Assembly (NCBI RefSeq): GCF_947499935.1
Contig: NZ_CANMQH010000015.1
Strand: one strand, 5' to 3'
DNA from: an uncultured Algibacter sp.
GTDB lineage: Bacteria; Bacteroidota; Bacteroidia; Flavobacteriales; Flavobacteriaceae
Length of the DNA stretch: 64,000 nt
The notes below the pieces were generated by a model. That model worked only from the letters and a program-made list of their open reading frames with translations. It ran no database searches and was not told the DNA's origin. Below, one piece after another: positions 56,661 through 64,000 of this stretch. Every line of letters starts with the position of its first letter. Positions within the stretch are counted from its first letter, which is position 1. The position numbers and the translations under genes are program-made.

Positions 56661-56717
56661 CCCGCTAAAGTGGGAATCTTTTTATCCCGCAAACGGATAA
56701 CAATTAAACAATTAAAA

Positions 56718-57575
56718 ATGAGTAAACTAAGAATTGCAGTACAAAAATCGGGACGTCTAAATCAGGACTCCATGGCTATCTTAAAAGATATTGGAATTTC
56801 AATAGATAATGGGAAAGACCAATTAAAAGCATCAGCTAAAAACTTTCCAGTAGAAGTTTTCTATTTAAGAAACGGAGATATACCTCAATATTTAAAAGAT
56901 GGTGTTGTAGATGCTGCCATTATTGGAGAAAATGTACTTATAGAAAAAGGTAACGATATCACCATAGCTGAGAAATTAGGGTTTTCTACATGCCGCGTAT
57001 GTATTGCTGTTCCTAAAGCATCAGAATATAGTGGTGTTAAAGATTTAGAAGGGAAACGCATTGCTACATCATACCCAAATACGGTACAGATGTATCTAGA
57101 TAAACATGGTGTAAAAGCAAATTTGCATATTATTAATGGGTCGGTTGAGATTGCACCAAATATAGGGCTAGCAGATGCTATTTGCGATATTGTTTCTAGT
57201 GGTAGTACGCTGTTTAAAAACAATTTAAAAGAGGTAGATACCATTTTAAAATCGGAAGCTGTACTCGCTGTTTCTCCTGTTTTAAATGAAGAAAAACAAG
57301 CTATTTTGGATAAGATTCAATTTAGGATTCAATCGGTTTTAAAAGGAAGAAAATCTAAATATATTTTATTAAACGCACCAAATGATAAAATTCAAGATAT
57401 TATTAATGTATTACCAGGCATGAAAAGCCCAACAGTATTGCCATTAGCGCAAGAGGGGTGGAGTTCGGTACACTCTGTAATTGATAAAAATGAATTTTGG
57501 GATGTTATCGAGGAGTTAAAAGCTAATGGCGCACAAGGTATTTTAGTATGCCCTATAGAAAAGATGGTGCTTTAA
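56718..57575 (+). CDS. hisG: ATP phosphoribosyltransferase (long form)
   Basis: Begins MSKLRIAVQKSGRL and carries DIVSSGSTL plus a C-terminal regulatory domain. The ATG at 56718 is preferred over the ORF-track start at 56670. Confidence 0.95.
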   Translation: MSKLRIAVQKSGRLNQDSMAILKDIGISIDNGKDQLKASAKNFPVEVFYLRNGDIPQYLKDGVVDAAIIGENVLIEKGNDITIAEKLGFSTCRVCIAVPKASEYSGVKDLEGKRIATSYPNTVQMYLDKHGVKANLHIINGSVEIAPNIGLADAICDIVSSGSTLFKNNLKEVDTILKSEAVLAVSPVLNEEKQAILDKIQFRIQSVLKGRKSKYILLNAPNDKIQDIINVLPGMKSPTVLPLAQEGWSSVHSVIDKNEFWDVIEELKANGAQGILVCPIEKMVL

Positions 57576-57606
57576 TGGCACTATATATCATTTAAAATAA
57601 GCTGCA

Positions 57607-58893
57607 ATGCAAATAATAGATAATCCAAGTAAAGACCAATGGTCATCCATTTTAAAGCGACCTACGCAAACGGTTAATGATATTGAAGGGACTGTAAATG
57701 CAGTTTTTGAAGATGTTAAAAACAATGGAGATGACGCTATAAAAAAGTATACTTCAAAATTTGATGGTGTTGTATTAGAATCTCAAGAGGTAACACATAA
57801 AGAAATTCAAGAAGCAATAGGCAATGTTCCAAATAAACTTCAAAACGCTATAAAACTAGCAAAACATAATATTGAAGCATTTCATGCAGCACAAAAAACA
57901 TCTAAAGTAGCGTTAGAAACTTCAAAAGGGGTACAGTGCTGGCAAGAAAAAAGACCAATTCAAAAAGTAGGGTTGTATATACCTGGCGGGACAGCACCGT
58001 TATTTTCAACGGTATTAATGCTAACAATTCCTGCTAATATTGCAGGCTGTAAAGAGATTGTTTTATGTACGCCACCAAATAAAGAAGGTAAAATAGCGGC
58101 AGAGATTATGTATGCAGCTCATTTATGTGGTGTTACAAAAATTATTAAAGTAGGCGGTATTCAGGCGATTGCTGGATTAACGTTTGGAACGGAGACCATT
58201 CCGCAAGTTTATAAAATTTTTGGACCAGGAAACCAGTACGTAACCGTTGCAAAGCAAATAGCGACTAAACATGGCGTAGCTATAGATATGCCAGCTGGTC
58301 CAAGTGAACTTTTAGTGGTAGCAGATAAACAAGCCAATGCAGCTTACATAGCCTCAGATTTGCTAAGTCAAGCAGAGCATGGTGTGGATAGTCAAGTAAT
58401 TTTGGTGTCAACATCTAAAACGTTAATAGATAACGTTTCAAATGAAGTAGAAAACCAGTTAAACGCACTTCCGCGTAAAGCGATTGCTGAAAAAGCGATA
58501 GCAAACTCTAAACTGATTTATGTTGAAAATGATGATGTAGCTTTGAAATTAATTAATGAATATGGTCCGGAACACTTTATTATTTGTACTACAAACGAAT
58601 CATTTTATGTTGAAGGTATAAATAATGCAGGGTCTATATTTATTGGAGATTATACCCCCGAAAGTGCTGGCGATTATGCATCTGGAACAAACCATACTTT
58701 ACCAACAAATGGGTTTTGTAAAGCCTATTCTGGCGTAAATTTAGATAGTTTTTTAAAGAATATGACTTTTCAGAAAATATCAAAAGAAGGATTATTAAAT
58801 ATAGGCGAAAGCATAGAATTGATGGCAGAAGCAGAAGGTTTGCATGCCCATAAAAACGCGGTAACTATCCGACTAAAAGATTTAAAAAAATAA
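57607..58893 (+). CDS. hisD: histidinol dehydrogenase
   Basis: Has the HisD signature blocks AGPSELLV, SQAEHG and ASGTNHTLPT. Confidence 0.95.
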   Translation: MQIIDNPSKDQWSSILKRPTQTVNDIEGTVNAVFEDVKNNGDDAIKKYTSKFDGVVLESQEVTHKEIQEAIGNVPNKLQNAIKLAKHNIEAFHAAQKTSKVALETSKGVQCWQEKRPIQKVGLYIPGGTAPLFSTVLMLTIPANIAGCKEIVLCTPPNKEGKIAAEIMYAAHLCGVTKIIKVGGIQAIAGLTFGTETIPQVYKIFGPGNQYVTVAKQIATKHGVAIDMPAGPSELLVVADKQANAAYIASDLLSQAEHGVDSQVILVSTSKTLIDNVSNEVENQLNALPRKAIAEKAIANSKLIYVENDDVALKLINEYGPEHFIICTTNESFYVEGINNAGSIFIGDYTPESAGDYASGTNHTLPTNGFCKAYSGVNLDSFLKNMTFQKISKEGLLNIGESIELMAEAEGLHAHKNAVTIRLKDLKK

Positions 58894-58947
58894 TATTTAT
58901 TACATCTCTTAGGTTAAAAAAGCCTGAAAGATTTCAAGAAACATAAA

Positions 58948-59991
58948 ATGAATATTCAAGATTTAATAAGACCAACTATAAAAGCTTTAAAACCCTATTC
59001 GTCTGCAAGAGATGAATTTAAAGGGGTTACAGACGACATGGTTTTTTTAGATGCCAATGAAAACCCTTTTGAAAATGGCGTAAATAGATATCCTGATCCT
59101 CAGCAAAGTAAAGTTAAAACACTATTGTCTAAAATAAAAGGAGTTCCTGCGGAGCATATTCTTTTAGGCAATGGTAGTGATGAAGTATTAGATTTAATTT
59201 TTAGAGCGTTTTGCGAACCTAATCAGGATAATGTTATCACACTTCCACCTACCTATGGTATGTATGAAGTCTTGGCAAATATTAATGCTGTAAATATTAT
59301 AAAAGTAGAACTGTCTGATAGTTTTGAGCCACAAGTAGATAGCATATTAAAAGCAGCAACAGATCATAGTAAAATACTGTTTTTATGTTCGCCTAATAAT
59401 CCGTCTGGTAATAGTTTTTCGAATAAAGACGTAGAATTACTTTTAAATGAATTTAAAGGTTTAGTCGTTATCGATGAAGCGTATATTGATTTTTCAAATC
59501 AAGTAAGTTGGCTTCAAAGACTACATGAGTTTCCAAACTTAATAATAACCCAAACACTATCTAAAGCTTATGGTATGGCTGGTATTAGACTTGGTATTTG
59601 TTATGCTTCTAAAGAGATTATTTCGGTGTTTAATGCCATAAAACCGCCTTATAATGTTAATGAGTTAACACAGTTGCATGCTATTAAAAGGTTAGAAAAG
59701 CAAGATGATGTAACTAATGAAATTATTAAAATTAAGGCACAACGGGATATATTAATTTCAGAATTAAAGCAGATTAATTTTATTTATATAATTTATCCAA
59801 CCGATGCTAATTTTATTCTGGTAAAAGTTGATGATGCCAATAAACGTTATAATGAATTAATTAAAATGGGTATTGTAATTAGAAATAGAACAACACAACC
59901 TCTTTGTGAAAACACATTGCGTTTAACGGTTGGCACTAAAGAAGAAAATACGATATTAATTAAAGCATTAACAGCCTTATCAGGTATATAA
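58948..59991 (+). CDS. hisC: histidinol-phosphate aminotransferase
   Basis: Has YPDPQ, NPSGN, and the PLP-lysine context TLSKAYGMAGIRLG. Confidence 0.95.
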   Translation: MNIQDLIRPTIKALKPYSSARDEFKGVTDDMVFLDANENPFENGVNRYPDPQQSKVKTLLSKIKGVPAEHILLGNGSDEVLDLIFRAFCEPNQDNVITLPPTYGMYEVLANINAVNIIKVELSDSFEPQVDSILKAATDHSKILFLCSPNNPSGNSFSNKDVELLLNEFKGLVVIDEAYIDFSNQVSWLQRLHEFPNLIITQTLSKAYGMAGIRLGICYASKEIISVFNAIKPPYNVNELTQLHAIKRLEKQDDVTNEIIKIKAQRDILISELKQINFIYIIYPTDANFILVKVDDANKRYNELIKMGIVIRNRTTQPLCENTLRLTVGTKEENTILIKALTALSGI

Positions 59992-60019
59992 AACTTTAAT
60001 AGATTTAATAAAATAAAAG

Positions 60020-61156
60020 ATGAAAAAAGTATTATTCATAGATAGAGACGGTACTTTGGTGTTAGAGCCACCAGTAGATTATCAATTAGATAGTTTAGAA
60101 AAATTGGAATACTACCCAAAGGTTTTTCAATATATGGCTAAAATTGCAAGTGAATTAGATTACGAGTTGGTCATGGTAACTAACCAAGATGGTTTAGGTA
60201 CCAATGCGTTTCCTGAAGATACTTTTTGGCCAGCACAACATAAAATTATTGATGCATTTGCTAAAGAAGGTGTTGTTTTTAAAGAGGTGTTTATTGATAA
60301 AACATTTCCGCACGAAAATGCAGAGACGCGCAAGCCAAGAACTGGTTTATTAACTCAATATTTTTCTAAAGATTATGATTTAGAAAACTCTTTTGTTTTA
60401 GGCGATAGGATTACCGATATGGAATTAGCTAAAAATTTAGGAGCAAAAGGTATTTACTTATCTGAAGATCCTAATTTAGGTGTTAATGAAATAGAATCTT
60501 CTAAACAAGATATTATAGATTGTATTGCCTTAACAAGTACTGATTGGAAAACCATTTATGAGTTTTTAAAATTAAAAGGCCGGGTTCAAGAGATTACCCG
60601 TAATACCAATGAAACTAAAATTTATATCAAATTAAATTTAGATGGTTCTGGTAAAAATGACATAGATACAGGCTTATCATTCTTTGATCATATGCTAGAT
60701 CAAATTGGTCGTCATGGTGCTATGGATTTAACCATAAAAGTTAATGGCGATTTAGAAGTTGATGAACATCATACCATAGAAGATACCATGATTGCACTTG
60801 GAGAATTGTTTAACAAGGCTTTGGGAGATAAATTGGGTATTGAGCGTTATGGTTTCTGTTTGCCTATGGATGATTGTTTAGCGCAAGTTGCCGTAGATTT
60901 TGGAGGTAGAAATTGGTTAGAATGGGACGCAGCTTTTAATCGCGAAAAAATAGGCGATATGCCTACCGAAATGTTTTACCATTTATTTAAGTCCTTTACA
61001 GATGGCGCAAAATGTAATTTAAATATAAAGGCAGAAGGTACTAATGAGCATCATAAAATAGAAGGTATTTTTAAAGCCTTTGCTAAAGCCATGAAAATGG
61101 CAGTAAAGCGAGACTCAAATAAAATGTTTTTACCAAGTACAAAAGGCATGTTATAA
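60020..61156 (+). CDS. hisB: bifunctional histidinol-phosphatase / imidazoleglycerol-phosphate dehydratase
   Basis: The N-terminal HAD motif is FIDRDGTL. The C-terminal IGPD blocks are [14 protein letters not shown] and [13 protein letters not shown]. Confidence 0.95.
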   Translation: MKKVLFIDRDGTLVLEPPVDYQLDSLEKLEYYPKVFQYMAKIASELDYELVMVTNQDGLGTNAFPEDTFWPAQHKIIDAFAKEGVVFKEVFIDKTFPHENAETRKPRTGLLTQYFSKDYDLENSFVLGDRITDMELAKNLGAKGIYLSEDPNLGVNEIESSKQDIIDCIALTSTDWKTIYEFLKLKGRVQEITRNTNETKIYIKLNLDGSGKNDIDTGLSFFDHMLDQIGRHGAMDLTIKVNGDLEVDEHHTIEDTMIALGELFNKALGDKLGIERYGFCLPMDDCLAQVAVDFGGRNWLEWDAAFNREKIGDMPTEMFYHLFKSFTDGAKCNLNIKAEGTNEHHKIEGIFKAFAKAMKMAVKRDSNKMFLPSTKGML

Positions 61157-61197
61157 TAACATTTGTAATGTATAAGGGTTAATAACTTAAAATTAAA

Positions 61198-61779
61198 ATG
61201 AAATTAGTTATAATAAATTACGGTGCAGGAAATATAAAAAGTATTCAATTTGCTTTTAAACGATTGGGTGTAAATGCTGTCTTATCTAATAAACCAGAAG
61301 AGATATTAGCCGCAGACAAACTTATTTTCCCAGGAGTTGGAGAGGCGAGTACAGCTATGGCTATGCTTAAAGAAAGTGGTTTAGAGCAATTAATACCCAC
61401 ATTAAAACAACCTGTATTAGGAATTTGTTTGGGTATGCAACTTATGTGCGAGTCAACAGAAGAGGGAAACACTAAAGGGTTGGGCATTTTTAAGACGCAT
61501 GTAAAGCGTTTCGATAATGATGTAAAAGTTCCGCAAATGGGTTGGAACGTTATAAAAGATTTAAAATCAGATTTATTTGTAGGCATTAAAGAAAATGAAT
61601 ATATGTATTTAGTACATAGTTATTATGCTCAACATTGCAAAGAAACCATTGCAAAGACAGATTATGGCATTAATTATGCATCGGCGTTACAGCATAATAA
61701 TTTTTATGGTGTTCAGTTTCATCCAGAAAAAAGTAGTTTAGCAGGTGCTAAAATATTAAAGAATTTTTTAGAATTATAA
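61198..61779 (+). CDS. hisH: imidazole glycerol phosphate synthase, glutaminase subunit
   Basis: Class I glutamine amidotransferase motifs GICLGMQ and VQFHPEKS. Confidence 0.95.
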   Translation: MKLVIINYGAGNIKSIQFAFKRLGVNAVLSNKPEEILAADKLIFPGVGEASTAMAMLKESGLEQLIPTLKQPVLGICLGMQLMCESTEEGNTKGLGIFKTHVKRFDNDVKVPQMGWNVIKDLKSDLFVGIKENEYMYLVHSYYAQHCKETIAKTDYGINYASALQHNNFYGVQFHPEKSSLAGAKILKNFLEL

Positions 61780-61989
61780 CTAGTATTAGTTAAGTACATT
61801 AACATCATATCGAATAAACTGTACTTTTAATTGATAAAATAAGATATGTTATAAAAATGTTTGATATTGGCTACGTATTTTTAAAATCTTGTAGGTATAG
61901 TATTAAACAGTAAACTAGAGCATAACAAAGTATTTTGATGTAAAACAGAGTATTAATTAAAAAGGACTCTTGCCTTTGCAGGAAACATT

Positions 61990-62724
61990 ATGAGAATTAT
62001 ACCAGCAATAGATATTATAGACGGAAAATGTGTACGCCTTACAAAAGGCGACTACGGAACTAAAAAAATATATAGTGAAAGCCCATTAGAGATTGCTAAA
62101 ACCTTTGAAGGTTCTGGTATAGAATATCTACATTTAGTAGATTTAGATGGTGCCAAAGCACAACATATAGTCAATTATAAAGTATTAGAGCAAATAGCAT
62201 CTAAGACTAAATTAAAAATTGATTTTGGTGGCGGTTTAAAAACTAATGAAGATTTGCACATTGCTTTTAATTCTGGTGCTAGACAAATTACAGGCGGCAG
62301 TATAGCCGTTAAAAATCCTGATGTATTTGAAGGTTGGATTTCTAAATACGGCGGAAATAAAATTATTTTGGGAGCAGATAGCGACGCAGGAAAAGTATCT
62401 ATAAGCGGATGGATGGAGCAGAGTAATGAAGACGTAATTCCGTTTATAAAAGCTTACCAAAAAAAAGGTATTCAATATGTTATTTGTACAGATATTTCTA
62501 AAGACGGAATGCTCGAGGGACCATCTGTAGATTTGTATAAAGACATTATATCAGACTGTAGTAACAGTAGTAGTGATCAGTCTATAAAACTTATTGCTTC
62601 AGGTGGTATTTCGCATATCGATGAGTTACCTATTTTAAAAGCTTTAGGTTGTGAAGGTGTTATTATAGGTAAAGCTATATACGAGAATAGAATTAGTTTA
62701 TTTGAATTAGAAAAATTCGTTTAA
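61990..62724 (+). CDS. hisA: ProFAR isomerase
   Basis: Begins [17 protein letters not shown] and carries HLVDLDGA and SGGIS. Confidence 0.95.
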   Translation: MRIIPAIDIIDGKCVRLTKGDYGTKKIYSESPLEIAKTFEGSGIEYLHLVDLDGAKAQHIVNYKVLEQIASKTKLKIDFGGGLKTNEDLHIAFNSGARQITGGSIAVKNPDVFEGWISKYGGNKIILGADSDAGKVSISGWMEQSNEDVIPFIKAYQKKGIQYVICTDISKDGMLEGPSVDLYKDIISDCSNSSSDQSIKLIASGGISHIDELPILKALGCEGVIIGKAIYENRISLFELEKFV

Positions 62725-62788
62725 TATTATAATTAACCAATAATTGCTGTGACTTGTATAAGTTTCTCAAAATAAAAAAATAAGACTA

Positions 62789-63544
62789 TTGCTTACAAAA
62801 AGAATTATACCCTGTTTAGATATTAAAAACGGACGTACCGTAAAAGGTGTTAATTTTGTTGATTTACGTGATGCTGGTGATCCTGTAGAACTAGCAAAAC
62901 AATATGCTGAATTTGGTGCAGACGAATTGGTTTTTTTAGATATATCTGCAACTCTAGAAGGTCGAGCAACAACTTTAGATATGGTTTTGCGTGTCGCAGA
63001 GCAAGTTAATATTCCATTTACTGTTGGTGGTGGTATTTCGTCTATTGCAGATGTAGATGCTTTGTTACAGTGTGGTGCCGATAAGGTTTCTATCAATTCA
63101 TCGGCAGTTAAACGTCCAGAATTAGTTAATGAGCTATCCAAGAAATTTGGTAGTCAATGTGTTGTGGTTGCCATTGATGCTAAACAAATTGATGGTCAAT
63201 GGAAAGTACATTTGGCTGGCGGAAGCATCCCTACCAAAATGGATTTGTTTGAGTGGGCTAAAGAGGTGGAGCAGCGTGGTGCAGGAGAAATTCTATTTAC
63301 ATCTATGGATCACGATGGGACAAAAAATGGTTTTGCAAACAAGGCTTTGGCAAAACTTTCATTAGATTTAAATATTCCTATAATAGCTTCGGGAGGTGCA
63401 GGTAATATTCAGCATTTTATAGATACATTCCAATTAGGTAAAGCCGATGCTGCACTAGCGGCAAGTGTATTTCATTTTGGAGAAATCCCAGTTTTAAAAT
63501 TAAAAGAAGCTTTAAAAAAGAACGATATAGAAGTGAGATTATGA
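62789..63544 (+). CDS. hisF: imidazole glycerol phosphate synthase, cyclase subunit
   Basis: Has [27 protein letters not shown] and ASGGAG. The apparent start codon is TTG. Confidence 0.95.
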   Translation: MLTKRIIPCLDIKNGRTVKGVNFVDLRDAGDPVELAKQYAEFGADELVFLDISATLEGRATTLDMVLRVAEQVNIPFTVGGGISSIADVDALLQCGADKVSINSSAVKRPELVNELSKKFGSQCVVVAIDAKQIDGQWKVHLAGGSIPTKMDLFEWAKEVEQRGAGEILFTSMDHDGTKNGFANKALAKLSLDLNIPIIASGGAGNIQHFIDTFQLGKADAALAASVFHFGEIPVLKLKEALKKNDIEVRL

Positions 63545-63576
63545 AGCATATTCAATAGTAATTAAAATCTACTAAT

Positions 63577-64000
63577 ATGAGAAAAACTATTACTCTATTT
63601 ATCATTGTATTATCCTGTTTTAGCTGTAAAACTTCAATGGAGTCTTATGCGTCTAATGCAATTAAAGATGGGTTGTATAAAAATACATTAATAGTAATCC
63701 CATATACTATAGGAAGTAAAAAATATTCCAAAAAATTAAAACAAAAATTATTAAAACAATACGAAAATCATAGTAACAAAGTTGATTTCTTATTGTTTGA
63801 AAAGGAAGATTATAAATTGTTTTTGTATACCAATAGCGAGATTGATAAAAAAATACAGAAGATTATAACTGATGATAAAAAAGATTTTTTAATAATTTTT
63901 AAATCTACAGATGTAAATTATACCTATCAGGGTTTACGTTCTGTACATTATGAGGTGTCAGGTATTGATGTGGCTAGTAAAAAGGAAATATGGAAAGCCA
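63577..64000 (+). CDS. hypothetical lipoprotein, 5' part (runs off the window end)
   Basis: The ATG at 63577 is followed by MRKTITLFIIVLSCFSCKTS (lipobox). My reading found no stop before base 64000. It is absent from the ORF track, probably because there is no stop within the window. Confidence 0.55.
   Translation, partial: MRKTITLFIIVLSCFSCKTSMESYASNAIKDGLYKNTLIVIPYTIGSKKYSKKLKQKLLKQYENHSNKVDFLLFEKEDYKLFLYTNSEIDKKIQKIITDDKKDFLIIFKSTDVNYTYQGLRSVHYEVSGIDVASKKEIWKA

Noticed and set aside
56518-56700. 60-aa ORF (MQKKTKPCFLFNYIIIIFKF...) spanning the his leader region
   Set aside because: It starts with TTG, runs straight through the attenuator hairpin, and overlaps the 18-codon His4 leader in another frame. 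The leader-peptide interpretation explains the sequence better.
61780-61989. A hidden pseudogene or IS fragment in the hisH-hisA spacer
   Set aside because: Translating both strands gave only very short ORFs (for example MFDIGYVFLKSCRYSIKQ*) with no family resemblance. It is kept only as a low-interest spacing anomaly.
1-64000. CRISPR arrays, rRNA genes, prophage or integrase-bounded islands, and known multi-gene defence systems
   Set aside because: I saw no repeat-spacer periodicity, no rRNA-like sequence, no tyrosine or serine recombinase, and no characteristic defence-gene combination in any frame. The only tandem repeat is (ATT)8.

Overview
This is a low-GC chromosomal segment that reads as a Flavobacteriia-type Bacteroidota genome. 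The grounds are a T9SS type-B C-terminal sorting domain, TAnnTTTG-type -7 promoter boxes, an ECF-sigma/FecR/TonB-receptor trio, and gene content typical of the group. All family names come from motifs I recognised by eye in the translations; no database search was run.

Most of the window is core metabolism and housekeeping:
- a menaquinone operon (menB 3' end, menA, menC, menE) interleaved with three non-men genes
- sppA, an orphan LytTR response regulator, a Bcr/CflA efflux pump, a Crp/Fnr regulator and YceI
- two exported amidohydrolases
- a four-gene sugar-oxidation cluster (TIM barrel, NHS transporter, Gfo/Idh/MocA, TIM barrel)
- pepD, yidD, cysS, folE, proS, tRNA-Glu(UUC), rpsT, a PglC-like sugar transferase, an alanine-dehydrogenase-family gene, tsaE and fabG
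- a VWA membrane protein followed by an SPFH protein
- a his operon (hisGDCBHAF) preceded by an 18-codon His4 leader peptide and an attenuator hairpin

The accessory content is decayed mobile DNA from five IS families:
- an IS1595 fragment fused to an IS3-type tail
- an ISAs1 C-terminal fragment
- one apparently complete two-ORF ISL3-type element with inverted repeats
- a second, truncated ISL3 copy abutting a 5'-truncated IS3 element that keeps an A AAA AAG slippery site
- a solo 36-nt IS3 end

A parD antitoxin also survives next to a parE toxin that is cut off after about 28 codons.

I found no recognisable defence system and no CRISPR array. The most unusual items are:
- a lipoprotein with a Gly/Asn/Trp/Phe-rich core and a roughly 175-residue Arg/Ser-rich tail free of acidic residues, in an apparent operon with a FadL-like outer-membrane barrel
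- a T6A4G motif conserved at the ORF1/ORF2 junction of both ISL3 copies
- the his attenuator
- a mini-ORF that copies the FecR N-terminal motif
- the uncharacterised sugar-oxidation cluster
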